From: an uncultured delta proteobacterium
GTDB taxonomy: Bacteria; Desulfobacterota; WTBG01; CAIYCZ01; CAIRTM01
Assembly: GCA_963804955.1 (NCBI GenBank)
Contig: CAWDSQ010000007.1
Coordinates: 128,001-192,000, forward strand
Length of the DNA: 64,000 bases
Direction of reading: 5' to 3'
The notes below the pieces were generated by a model. It saw only the letters and a list, made by a program, of their open reading frames with translations, was not told where the DNA came from and did no database searches. The position numbers and the translations under genes were made by a program. Below are positions 32,074 through 42,121 of this stretch, in pieces; positions within the stretch are counted from its first letter, which is position 1; each line of letters opens with the position of its first letter.

Positions 32074-33446
32074 ATGAGCGATACCCCTCTTGAAACAGAA
32101 GAAATGAACAAAGAACCGGAGCAGCCCGGCCATACTGACGATACCCGTGCTTCCATCGTCTTTGCCCTCTTGCAGCTCAACCGCGCTACGGGAGACATCC
32201 CCTATGAAAACAAAAAAGATTTCATCGAGGTAATCAAAAACGCGGACTTCGGCACGTGGCAGGCAGGCGCTACCATTATCGAACAGGGCAAACCGGCGAC
32301 CGGCTCTTCGTGATACTTGAAGGCAGTGCGGTTGAGATCTCCTGGCGATGGCTCACCGGCCGTTCTTGAAAAAGGAACTATTGTCGGGAGAAGGCAGCTG
32401 CTCGACAACGGGCAGTTTAGCGCTCGCTCGTTGTTGCCGGAGATGCCGGTGTTTCCCTGCTGGTCATAAAAAAAGAAACTCTTCTGGCCAATCCCGCCGT
32501 CTACCAGGAGCCTGCTTGATCGAGGCCTGCTCATTCAGGGCAGGGACTGCGTCTATGAGTTCGGGGGAAAACTCGGGGAGGGGGCAACCGGGCATGTGTT
32601 TGAAATCGAAGGCCATAACCTGTGCGCTAAAATTGTACCGCCCAAGGCCTGACGCTGCAGCAGGCGATTCCTGCCGCCATCCCTGAGGATATACTGCAGC
32701 TGCGGCATCCAAATATCGTCAGCATTCATGAAAATATCAGCGCACACGGAGCCCAGTTCATCATCATGGACCTGGCAAAAGGCCTCACTATCAGGCGCAA
32801 AACCGGGGAGACTGCGCGCTGCCACAACGTGCGCCAAATGATGGAGGCATTTCAGTCGGAGCAGCAGCGGGTATCCCTTGACATGACGGCAAAGGTATTC
32901 CGTCATGTGGCAGCAGCACTTCTGTATATTCATGATCAGGGCTTTGTGCACCGCGACGTAAAGCCCGAGCATATTTTCATCGATGTCAACGACAATGATA
33001 TTTCTTTCATGCTGTCGGACTTCAGCCTGGCCTTCCCCATAAGTACGAGACCGGGCAAAATAGAGGGCACACCGCACTATTGCCCGCCCGAGGCCATCTC
33101 CATCGAAAAGCCCGAAACCCTCATAGCCGGCAGCGCCGACTTCTACAGCCTGGCAGCCGTCTGTTTTGAACTGCTCACCGGACAAACGGTCTTTGGATGC
33201 TCCAATGTGCTGGAGCTTGCGCAGCAGCATCTTCAGGCAGAGCCAGACCTGTCGATACTGCCGTCAGAAACCCCCATCTGGCTCGGAAAATTCATCGAGC
33301 AGGCACTGAAAAAGAACCCTGACGAGCGCCCAATCAAAGAAGAAATAGAAAAACTCATAACCAGTGGCATAAGCAGTCGCGATCCGGAAGCCTGCCTTGA
33401 GGCGCAGGCAAAAAAGCTCCGGATTGACAGCAGGAACAGTACATGA
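32074..33446 (+). CDS. Hanks-type Ser/Thr kinase with N-terminal cyclic-nucleotide-binding-like domain (frameshifted)
   Basis: GATIIEQGKPA..LFVILEG (cNMP fold); LGEGATGHV, CAK, HPNIV, HRDVKPEH, DFS, GTPHYCPPE, DFYSL. Confidence 0.75.
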
Positions 33447-33521
33447 GAGTGCAATCATCTTCGCAGCAAGCCCACTCAACTGCTCTACACCGATTGCTTA
33501 CCATAACCGCACATCGGGTAT

Positions 33522-33558
33522 AAAAAGAGGCCGGATGCATACATGCACCCGGCCTCTT
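33522..33558. terminator. Terminator between convergent genes
   Basis: AAGAGGCCGG...CCGGCCTCTT stem. Confidence 0.7.
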
Positions 33559-33581
33559 GTGCTGATGGCTCAAAAACCGGC

Positions 33582-34116
33582 TTACAAGAAAACTTCAGCA
33601 ACGGGAATAAAAGACTGCAATGCCTTATACGAAAAGGCTTTCAGCGTCGGATTTTTCTCAAGAACAGCATTGTATCGAATCGGCATTATTATAATACATG
33701 CTGATAATACGCTTACCCAGCGCGCTCTTTGCAAGGATCTTGTCGCGGAAACCCCGAAGCGTTACAAGACGAGGGTCGTCATCCCCAAGAACTTCAGCGG
33801 CAGGACAATTGCTCTTGCAGTCCGAATGGCATGCACTGCAGTTCTGAGATGAGTGCGCAGACAACTTTACCAGGTTACAAGCACCGGGCTTAACTCGCGG
33901 ATGGCACACAGCGCATTTGGCCGGCGCAACATTTGGACCGCCGCTTGGAGACGTATGGCAAGTCGTGCAGGCTTCATGTTTTTCACCCGCATGCACCGCA
34001 TCTTGCGTGTGGCAGATCGTGCAACCCTGGTTCACATTTTGATAGGCAAAAACGTTCTGTGTATACACAAAAATGGTGCAGGCAATAACCAAAAAAACAA
34101 AAATATGTTTTTTCAT
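33582..34116 (-). CDS. Small tetraheme cytochrome c with CFI-box-CTERM-like C-terminal domain (frameshift near 33670)
   Basis: Signal peptide; CTICH, CTTCH, CAVCH, CSACH; CPAAEVLG.DDPRL.TLRGFRD.IL.KS.LG...I.MYY. Confidence 0.8.
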
Positions 34117-34271
34117 ACGTCCTTCCTTTCTTCGAACAACCTGCTAATATTTTAAATATTAAAGCACCTGTCGGGTTATAGAATTAATACAACCCCTTGT
34201 CAACTCGGGCGATGCTGTTTTCGTGGCATGCTGCTTGTTAAACAGCTCACCCGTCATCGGGTTTCTCAGGT

Positions 34272-35312
34272 TTATTTGAGCAAGGCACCGAGCTGACCGC
34301 AGGCCGCTGCAATATCAGAGCCCTTGCTGTTGCGGATGGGGGCTGTCAAGTTCAGGTCGTGCAGAATTTTCTGAAACGCCAGGACCGAACGCTCGCCGGG
34401 CTTTTTAAAGTCAGCAGCAGGGTGCTCATTAAAAGGTATAAGGTTTATTTTGCAGGGTATGCCTTTGAGCAGCCCGGCCAGCTCACGGGCATTGCCGGCA
34501 GTATCATTAACACCCTGAATGAGAATATATTCAAAAGTAATCCGCTTGCGGGCTGCCAGGGGAAACTGCCGAGCTGCAGCCAGCAGATCGCGCAGGGGAT
34601 ATTTTTTATTCACCGGCATGAGGCGGCTTCTCGTCTCATCATTTGAAGCGTTCAGGGATATGGCCAGGTTGACAGGAACATCATCCCCCAGCCTCTTGAT
34701 CTGGGGCACGAGGCCTGCCGTGGAAACCGTGATGCGGCGATGGGAAAAATTGAACCCCCAGGGGCTCAGCAGAGTGCGGATGGCCTTGACCGTGGTGTCA
34801 TAATTTGCAAGCGGCTCGCCCATGCCCATAAAAACCAGATTGGGCATCGCATCGCCGAAGGGCTCAACCCTCATGATGGCGCTTACCTGATTTAAAATCT
34901 CGGCAACAGTCAAATTGCGCACAAGGCCGTCGCGGCCCGTATGGCAGAACCGGCAGCCCATCGCGCACCCGATCTGAGTTGACAGGCACAGCGTGATATG
35001 CCCGGTCTCCGGTATCAGCACACTCTCCAGCCCGAAACCGTCCGAAGTTCTGAAAAGATACTTTTTCGAGCCGTCTTTTGAGCTGTCGATCCGCTCCGGA
35101 GTAAACGAGCTTATACACGCCGCAGCTTCAAGACGCATGCGGAGGTCTTTTGAAAGATTGGTCATCCTGCCGATGTCTTGCACATGTTTCTGAAATATCC
35201 ACTGCGATATCTGGCGGGAACGGTAGGGCTCAAGGCCCAACTCACCGGCAAGCAGTTCAAGTTCCTGAAGCGACAGAGAGACAAGATCTTTCCTGTTAAG
35301 CATAGAACCCAT
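34272..35312 (-). CDS. rlmN: 23S rRNA/tRNA m2A methyltransferase
   Basis: GCAMGCRFC, MGMGEP, AACGQL. Confidence 0.96.
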   Translation of the reverse strand: MGSMLNRKDLVSLSLQELELLAGELGLEPYRSRQISQWIFQKHVQDIGRMTNLSKDLRMRLEAAACISSFTPERIDSSKDGSKKYLFRTSDGFGLESVLIPETGHITLCLSTQIGCAMGCRFCHTGRDGLVRNLTVAEILNQVSAIMRVEPFGDAMPNLVFMGMGEPLANYDTTVKAIRTLLSPWGFNFSHRRITVSTAGLVPQIKRLGDDVPVNLAISLNASNDETRSRLMPVNKKYPLRDLLAAARQFPLAARKRITFEYILIQGVNDTAGNARELAGLLKGIPCKINLIPFNEHPAADFKKPGERSVLAFQKILHDLNLTAPIRNSKGSDIAAACGQLGALLK

Positions 35313-35410
35313 AATTCACTGTTAAAACTTCATAAATACCCATAGTTTTCATCTATACTACCCGATGAACCGGTCAAAAACAAGGCCTATAAAAAAGACT
35401 CAAAATCCTG

Positions 35411-35439
35411 TTGACAAACTATACTATTAGGATTATACA
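35411..35439 (+). promoter_or_regulatory. Possible sigma-70 promoter for dksA
   Basis: TTGACA-17 bp-TATACA. Confidence 0.45.
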
Positions 35440-35481
35440 TCACCTTCCGTTTTCATAAAAAACTCTAAGGAATGGCAGAAA

Positions 35482-35904
35482 ATGAAGGGTTACGAAACAC
35501 TTCGCAAGGATCTTTTTAAACTCCGTGAAACGATTTTAAAGGATATTGGCAGCAATTTAAAAACCGAGCGCAATCCCGGAGACCGTGAAGTCGGCGATTT
35601 CTATGATGATGTTGACATAGAAAAAGACCGTCAGATGGTCTATACCCTCGGTGAGCGGGAGCGCGCCAAGTTGAATGCCATTAATACGGCTATTGAAAAA
35701 ATCGAAGACGGCACCTATGGCGAGTGCGAGGAATGCGGCTGCGAAATCAATAAAAAAAGATTAAAAATAATACCTTTTGCAAAATATTGCATCAACTGTC
35801 AGGAGGAAATTGAAAAACGGGCAATCTTCACGGAAGAGCCTGCCGAAGACAATTTGATGTACAAGGATATTTCCATATCAGATATGGAGGGCGGCGATGA
35901 ATAA
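35482..35904 (+). CDS. dksA: DksA/TraR C4 zinc-finger regulator
   Basis: GDFYDD coiled-coil tip, YGECEECG..I...RL...P....CINC. Confidence 0.85.
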   Translation: MKGYETLRKDLFKLRETILKDIGSNLKTERNPGDREVGDFYDDVDIEKDRQMVYTLGERERAKLNAINTAIEKIEDGTYGECEECGCEINKKRLKIIPFAKYCINCQEEIEKRAIFTEEPAEDNLMYKDISISDMEGGDE

Positions 35905-35993
35905 AAAACTGATTTTTTTTCTTCCAGCCCTTGCAGGTTTTTCCGGGTATGTTATATAAAAGCTAAAGGTATTCTTACCTTCTTTACCCCTCT

Positions 35994-36030
35994 AAAACTC
36001 CCTGGCACCCCCCCTCGCCAGGGAGTTTTT
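35994..36030. terminator. Bidirectional terminator
   Basis: AAAACTCCCTGGC...GCCAGGGAGTTTT between convergent genes. Confidence 0.8.
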
Positions 36031-36049
36031 CTTTTTATCTCCAAACGCA

Positions 36050-37393
36050 TCAATCACTTGTCAAAAGAGACAAAAGAGTCTTCAGCTCCTTGTTTTTTCT
36101 GAGCTTGCGCAATGCTTTATTCTCAAGCTGACGGATCCGCTCACGGGAGACCTTGAACTGCTCCCCGACCTCCTCGAGTGTTTTTTCGCCCTCATCGCCA
36201 AGACCGAAACGCAGCTTTAAAATAGAGGCCTCCCGCGGCGGCAACGACTCGATTATCCGTGCGGCACTGTCCTTTATGATTTCATCGCAGATCGTATCCA
36301 TGGGCGAGGGCCGGTCATCGGAAAGAAAATTTTCAAGGGGATCTATATCATCAACCAGCGATGTTTCAAGAGATACAGGCTCTTTAAAGGCCGTCATGAT
36401 CTTGGCTATCTCCACGGGAGACATCTTGAGTTTGCCCGCCAGCTCAACCATGGATGATTCCCGGCCTTCATCCTGCAGGAGTTCGCGCGCGGCTTTTTTT
36501 ATTTTATAAAACTTTTCATTGACATACACGGGGATACGAATGACCCTGCTTTTTTCTTCAATAGCCCTGTTGATGCTTTCACGGATCCACCACGAGGCAT
36601 AGGTGTTGAGGCGGAAGCCTTTTTTATGGTCGAATTTTTCAACGGCTTTGATGAGGCCGAGATTCCCTTCCTGGACAAGATCGCGAAAAGACACAGCCCG
36701 GTTGCGATAATGCCTGCAGATGCTCACCACCAGCCGTAGATTGCTCTGAATAAGTTTTTGACGCGCCTCGCTTATGCGGGGCTCAAGCTGTTTCAGATTG
36801 CTCCAGATATCATTGAGTTCAAGAAAAAAACGCCGGTACCGGTCAGCCCGCCTGGCGCCGTTTTCCTCGGCAAGAACCTGCCAGTTTTTCAACTCATGCA
36901 GATTGATCTTGGCAAGGCTTTCTTCAAACTCCTCATTCAGCTTCACCGTCTCCTTGGCAAGCTTGCGTTTTTCGCGGGTGCTGCCTGCCTTTTTTATCAA
37001 AGCCCTGCTGCGGTCGATGCGCTTGTAGAGGGCAAGGGCTTCTTCAAGATACAAATAATCACACAGGGAATCCCGCGTTATGACCAGCAGTTGGTTCAGG
37101 GGCTTATAGGTCTGAATGCTGTGAAGTATTTCAACAGCCCGTTTCAAAAGCCCGGCTTTTTCAAGATTGCTTTTATAGAGAATAAGAGCCCAGTGCTGTT
37201 CTTCCTTGGTGGTCAGCAGTGGTATTTTCCGGATTTCCTTGAGATAGATGCGGAGAGGGTCATTCTCATGGCTGATGCCAATGGCATCATGTCCGTTCTC
37301 ATCGCCTTCGACATCTTCCTTCCACGGCACGGGTCTCTCTTCCGCAGCAGCAGGCAGCGGCAATTCATGATACGTATCTTTACCCTCTTTCAT
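36050..37393 (-). CDS. Sigma-70 family sigma factor (RpoD-like paralog lacking region 1.1)
   Basis: [10 protein letters not shown] (1.2), [51 protein letters not shown]. Confidence 0.9.
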   Translation of the reverse strand: MKEGKDTYHELPLPAAAEERPVPWKEDVEGDENGHDAIGISHENDPLRIYLKEIRKIPLLTTKEEQHWALILYKSNLEKAGLLKRAVEILHSIQTYKPLNQLLVITRDSLCDYLYLEEALALYKRIDRSRALIKKAGSTREKRKLAKETVKLNEEFEESLAKINLHELKNWQVLAEENGARRADRYRRFFLELNDIWSNLKQLEPRISEARQKLIQSNLRLVVSICRHYRNRAVSFRDLVQEGNLGLIKAVEKFDHKKGFRLNTYASWWIRESINRAIEEKSRVIRIPVYVNEKFYKIKKAARELLQDEGRESSMVELAGKLKMSPVEIAKIMTAFKEPVSLETSLVDDIDPLENFLSDDRPSPMDTICDEIIKDSAARIIESLPPREASILKLRFGLGDEGEKTLEEVGEQFKVSRERIRQLENKALRKLRKNKELKTLLSLLTSD

Positions 37394-37457
37394 AAGCACC
37401 CCTCATAAAAAAAACCTGGCCGGACACAGCCCGGCTTACTCACACGCCGGCGGAGCA

Positions 37458-37733
37458 TCAGCCTTTGTTCTCCTGAAACCTGTCCATGCACGAACGGCAG
37501 CAAAAATAGTAGCTTGTACCGGCTTTATCAAGATGCAGCGCCTCTTTTTTTGGCACATACACTTTGCAGACCGGATCCTGAACCATTTCATTCACCTGCC
37601 GGGGACCAGGGTTAAAAGAAGGCTTTTTTGTCTGCTGCCGGTTCTCTGCACCCTGTTTGCCGAACAGCCTTTTCAGCAGTTTAAAAAAAACATACACCAG
37701 AAAAAAAAACAGTGCAAACCTAATCAACGACAT
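37458..37733 (-). CDS. Membrane-anchored YHS/TRASH-domain protein
   Basis: N-terminal TM; QDPVCKVYV, YYFCC..C. Confidence 0.8.
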   Translation of the reverse strand: MSLIRFALFFFLVYVFFKLLKRLFGKQGAENRQQTKKPSFNPGPRQVNEMVQDPVCKVYVPKKEALHLDKAGTSYYFCCRSCMDRFQENKG

Positions 37734-37975
37734 ACCTACCTTCTCTGTTGCGCCGCAGCACAGACAGGCACTGCCGTCTGTGGCACAGCTTTTCTTTTGT
37801 TCGTGCATGGCCCGGTGCCGGCACATCACAATGCTGCGAAGCTTTGAAGTATCTGTTTCAGCAGAAAATTCGGCTGATGCCATTACCGCTTATTCTATGC
37901 TGCCACATACATACCGGCGCATACATGCGGGCACGCTATCTAAAAAACGCCGCCGCACGCATGACGGAATAGGCT

Positions 37976-38803
37976 CTACACACAGGCATCCCGAAGCCCG
38001 AGCACATCCTGCATGTCATACATGCCCGCAGGCCTTCCCATGAGCCACTTTGCCGCATGCAAAGCTCCCTGAGCAAAGCAGTCACGGCTCTGCGCACGAT
38101 GAATCAGCTCTATGCGCTCGCCCGTGCCCGCAAACATGACGAGATGCTCGCCCACCACATCGCCGCCGCGCAGCGTCTGAATGCCGATTTCGTCCCGGCG
38201 CCGCTCCCCCGTGATACCCTTGCGCTCATAGACGCCTGCCCGGTCAAGGCTCCAGCCATAGGTCTGGGCAAGAATCTGGGCAAGACGCATAGCCGTGCCG
38301 CTGGGGGCGTCTTTTTTGTGACGATGATGCATTTCGACGACTTCGACATCAAATCCGTCCTGCAGTATGCGGGCGACATCGGCTACAATCTTAAACAGCG
38401 CATTGACCCCCATGCTCATGTTGGGAGCACAGACACAGGGAAACGCCCCGCTCAACTCCTGCAGCTCAGCTGTCTGGTCGGGAGTAAACCCCGTAGAGCC
38501 GATAACGGCGGCTTTGCCCGCCCGGGCGCAAAAACGGGCCGTATCCATAGACACCCGGGGAAAGGTAAAATCAATGACCGCGTCAAAGGGCTGAGCCATT
38601 TCCTCAAGCTTCTCGACAAGCATCTGACTGCCGTCGCCAAGCCCCATGAGCTCCTTCAAAGATTTCCCGACGCAGCCGCTCTGGAGACTTTCGGTTCCAC
38701 CCGCAAGCACGACATCATCCGAAGCGGAGCTCAGATGACAAAGCCGCTGCCCCATTCTGCCCATGGCACCGATAACCACACAGGCAATTCCCCTTTTTTC
38801 CAT
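37976..38803 (-). CDS. dapB: 4-hydroxy-tetrahydrodipicolinate reductase
   Basis: GAMGRMG, IDFT, GSTG, EMHHRHKKDAPSGTA. Confidence 0.96.
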   Translation of the reverse strand: MEKRGIACVVIGAMGRMGQRLCHLSSASDDVVLAGGTESLQSGCVGKSLKELMGLGDGSQMLVEKLEEMAQPFDAVIDFTFPRVSMDTARFCARAGKAAVIGSTGFTPDQTAELQELSGAFPCVCAPNMSMGVNALFKIVADVARILQDGFDVEVVEMHHRHKKDAPSGTAMRLAQILAQTYGWSLDRAGVYERKGITGERRRDEIGIQTLRGGDVVGEHLVMFAGTGERIELIHRAQSRDCFAQGALHAAKWLMGRPAGMYDMQDVLGLRDACV

Positions 38804-38820
38804 GCTTATCTCCGTATGTT

Positions 38821-40176
38821 TTATTGCTTTTTTTCTCCGACCGGGCATGCGACCAGCGGCAGGTATGCCTCATAGTCGAACCGCGGACTATTCTTCTCGG
38901 TGTGGCAGCCGATGCAGACCTGCCTGCCCCCCGTGCGCACGATGCCGCTTTTCGAGGCCTTGTGACGGCTTGCGGGCCCGTGGCACGCCTCGCACTGCAC
39001 ATTTATCATAGTCGAACGCTCTTTCTGCAAAGGCGAATACCCCCCCGGCTCGCCATAGCCCGTCGTATGGCAGACGAGGCATTCCACGGCATACTGCGAG
39101 CCTTTGTGAACAAGCGTCTGATATGCCCGGGCATGCGGCGTCACCTGCCAGTTTTCATACTGCGGCACATGGCATTGCACGCAGCCGTCTCCCCCGACAT
39201 AGGCTGCCCCGCCGCCACCAGCGCCAGCCTGCTTTGTCCCATCCTTAAAAAACGCCTGCTGGTTCATGGCCGCAACCTGCGCCTTATAGGCGTTTCCCAT
39301 ATCGACGATATCCTTTTCTTCACCGATGCCGGGTTTCAACGCTATGAGCCTGGCGTCAACGGAAAAACCATCACCGGTGCGCGCCACTTCGGCGCTTCCC
39401 AGATACTGGCCCCGATTGTATGCCTGCAGGATGGCTGTCCCGTTTTCCATAACCGGTTTTTCAAGCAGCCGGTCCGCGCGGGCCGATATAATCAGGTTGA
39501 TGCCCGGCACCTGCCGCGCAAGCTCCCTGTCGCGCTCCAGGCCCAGGCCCGACAATACGATCAGAAAATCACTTTTGCCGCGAACTGCTGCAGCCATCTT
39601 ACGAACCGCAACGGCCGGGTCTTCAATGCGCACATCCGGCACAAAAACCCCGTCCTGCGGACACAGGCCCAAAACAGCAACACGCATGCCGGCAACTTTC
39701 TTAAACACCACGGGTTCAAACAGGTGCCTGCCGTCGTCGCGGGTAAGAATATTTGATGAAACAAAAGGGAACAATGCCTTTTTGCGCAGACCGGTCAGAG
39801 CATCGAGCCCCAACATAAGGTCGCCGTCACTCACATTCAGGGCATCGCAGCCCATGGCATTATAAGCACCGAGTATATACTCCGCCTTGAGCAAAAATTC
39901 GCGTGCTTCAATATCCTGTACGGGTCGCTTCTGAAAAAAAAGATTGCCGGCATCAAGGTGCATTGTATCGGCATTTTTACGCACAGCAGCCCGGAGCAGG
40001 CGCGCCTTGCGCGAAAGCCCCCCAAGCTGAGCGTCCGTGCATCCGCAGTTCTCAAATTCTCCCCGCACGTCGTTGGAATATACTATCGCAAACCCCTTGC
40101 CGCCCAGCCCTTTCAGCGAGCATCCCGATAGCACTAAAACAAAAGCGCAGCTCACAGCAAGAACTCTTTGAAACAT
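38821..40176 (-). CDS. Lipoprotein: UshA/5'-nucleotidase-like N-terminal domain fused to a tetraheme c554-like cytochrome
   Basis: Lipobox LSGC; YSNDVRGE.ENCGC...GGL.R, LDAGN; CVQCH, CLVCH, CEACH, CIGCH. Confidence 0.8.
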   Translation of the reverse strand: MFQRVLAVSCAFVLVLSGCSLKGLGGKGFAIVYSNDVRGEFENCGCTDAQLGGLSRKARLLRAAVRKNADTMHLDAGNLFFQKRPVQDIEAREFLLKAEYILGAYNAMGCDALNVSDGDLMLGLDALTGLRKKALFPFVSSNILTRDDGRHLFEPVVFKKVAGMRVAVLGLCPQDGVFVPDVRIEDPAVAVRKMAAAVRGKSDFLIVLSGLGLERDRELARQVPGINLIISARADRLLEKPVMENGTAILQAYNRGQYLGSAEVARTGDGFSVDARLIALKPGIGEEKDIVDMGNAYKAQVAAMNQQAFFKDGTKQAGAGGGGAAYVGGDGCVQCHVPQYENWQVTPHARAYQTLVHKGSQYAVECLVCHTTGYGEPGGYSPLQKERSTMINVQCEACHGPASRHKASKSGIVRTGGRQVCIGCHTEKNSPRFDYEAYLPLVACPVGEKKQ

Positions 40177-40285
40177 TTAGCTTTACTTTCTATGGTTTTT
40201 TTTTACAATGCTCAACAGATTAGATGTATATCGTCATTTATCAGCCATGTCAACCGGCATGCCATACGAGGGACGGGCACATACC

Positions 40286-40735
40286 ATGCGGGCCGTACTG
40301 CAGCGCGTAAAACAGGCATCAGTTTCGGTGGCTGGAGCGACGGTCGGAAAAATCGATGCCGGATTGCTGGTGCTGCTGGGAGTCGGGCAGCAGGATACGG
40401 CAGACGACGTGGCCTATATGGTCGCAAAAACAGTAGGCCTGCGCGTCTTTGAAAATGCCGAAGGGCTCATGAATCTCAGCATACTCGAGACCGGCGGCCA
40501 GGTGCTTGTTGTTTCGCAGTTTACGCTCTACGGCGACTGCCGAAAAGGCCGCCGGCCGTCGTTTTCCTCTGCGGCCGGCCCGGAACATGCCAGAAAGCTG
40601 TATGATAGGTATATTGAAGGACTCCAAGCCGCTGGGCTCACTGTTGCCAGCGGGACATTTCAGGCCATGATGGATATTGCGCTTGTCAATAATGGCCCGG
40701 TAACACTGCTGCTTGACAGCAGTAAATGCTTCTAA
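40286..40735 (+). CDS. dtd: D-aminoacyl-tRNA deacylase
   Basis: MRAVLQRV, SQFTL, NNGPVT. Confidence 0.96.
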   Translation: MRAVLQRVKQASVSVAGATVGKIDAGLLVLLGVGQQDTADDVAYMVAKTVGLRVFENAEGLMNLSILETGGQVLVVSQFTLYGDCRKGRRPSFSSAAGPEHARKLYDRYIEGLQAAGLTVASGTFQAMMDIALVNNGPVTLLLDSSKCF

Positions 40736-40760
40736 CACCTGTTGTGAAAGGAACTATGAC

Positions 40761-41138
40761 ATGCTGAAAAACTCCACCGGCGGATCCAGCATAGGATGCC
40801 TGTTCATGAGTGCCATCGTGGTATGCTGCTTGTACGCAGGGTATAAATTCGCCGTCGTGCAATGGAATATCGAATCATTCAAGGAGCAACTCACCGAGGT
40901 TACCCGCTTCTGGGCCATCGACAAACAGGCTGACGACATCAACAGCATAAAAGCAGATGTCATACGGCGGGCCGATCAATGCGGACTCAGCCTGGAGGCT
41001 GAGAACATTACCGTGAAAACGGAGGGGGGAGCGGTAAGCATAGAAGCTTCATGGGTGGAGCCGATCGAGTTTCCCGGCGGGTATGTCTATGAGCGGGATA
41101 TAACCATATCGCGCAGCATCAGAAAAAGAGGCCATTAG
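40761..41138 (+). CDS. Membrane-anchored hypothetical protein (DUF4845-like)
   Basis: G-S-IG-L N-terminus plus a single TM. Confidence 0.5.
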   Translation: MLKNSTGGSSIGCLFMSAIVVCCLYAGYKFAVVQWNIESFKEQLTEVTRFWAIDKQADDINSIKADVIRRADQCGLSLEAENITVKTEGGAVSIEASWVEPIEFPGGYVYERDITISRSIRKRGH

Positions 41139-42109
41139 CTGCTGCGCTCCATCACATAGGAGGCAAGATCGGCAAGGGCCTCTTTCAGGCCCGTTTCAAA
41201 CGAGACAAGCGCGGCAAGTCCCGCATGTATTCTCTCGCGGGCGCAGGCAACTGCATAGCCCGTGCCCTGATATTTCTCGATAAAATCCCGCACAGCTGCG
41301 ATATCATTCTGCTGCCACTGCCGGCACCCCATCAGGCCCGCCACCATGGCTTTTTCTTCATCCGAACACTTTGCAAGCGCCGCAATAAGAGGCAGGGTCA
41401 TGCAGCCCTCCTGCATATCCTTGCAGATTGTTTTGCCCAGATCCTTTTCACTTGCCTGATAGTCAAGCACATCATCCATAATTTGAAAGGCAATGCCCAG
41501 ATTTCTGCCGTAATCCGCAAGCAGCAGTTCCTGGTTGTGATCCAGACCGCTGAGAATGGCGCTGCTGCGGGCCGCGGCCTCTATGAGGCTCGCGGTTTTA
41601 TTTTCGACAATATAAAAATACTCCTGCTCGGTCGTTAAAGGATCGCCGGTTTTGGCCACCTGAAACGTTTCGGCTTCTGCAAGGCACTGTGCTGCACGGG
41701 CTATCACGTCAAGAATGCGCACATTGCCCACCCCGACCGCCAGAGAAAATGCGCGGGAAAAAAAATAGTCCCCCGCAAGTATGGCCGACTGATTGCCCCA
41801 CACGGTATGAGCTGAAGATATTCCCCGCCGCATCTCGGCATGATCAATGACATCATCATGCAGTACGCTTGCTGTATGGATATATTCAAGAACGCAGGCA
41901 AGCGGTATGTGGCTTGCGCCCTGATAGCCGCAGAATCTGGCCGTCAGCAGCAGAATCAGCGGCCGGATACGTTTGCCGCCGCTGCCCAGAATATGCCTGC
42001 AAATGCCGTTTAGCGTTTCAACCGGCGTGTCAATGGAGGCCATAAGCATCTGCTCGACACGATCCATGTCGTCGCGCACAAGAGCAATCAGGCTGTCGAT
42101 ATCTTTCAA
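41135..42109 (-). CDS. Long-chain polyprenyl diphosphate synthase (IspB-like)
   Basis: GGKRIRP, LHDDVID..RRG, FQIMDDVLD. Confidence 0.92.
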   Translation of the reverse strand: MKDIDSLIALVRDDMDRVEQMLMASIDTPVETLNGICRHILGSGGKRIRPLILLLTARFCGYQGASHIPLACVLEYIHTASVLHDDVIDHAEMRRGISSAHTVWGNQSAILAGDYFFSRAFSLAVGVGNVRILDVIARAAQCLAEAETFQVAKTGDPLTTEQEYFYIVENKTASLIEAAARSSAILSGLDHNQELLLADYGRNLGIAFQIMDDVLDYQASEKDLGKTICKDMQEGCMTLPLIAALAKCSDEEKAMVAGLMGCRQWQQNDIAAVRDFIEKYQGTGYAVACARERIHAGLAALVSFETGLKEALADLASYVMERSS

Positions 42110-42121
42110 AACCGCACTCCT

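Noticed and set aside
35931..36030. Small RNA between dksA and the sigma gene
   Set aside because: The putative -10 element is poor; explained as a 3' UTR plus shared terminator
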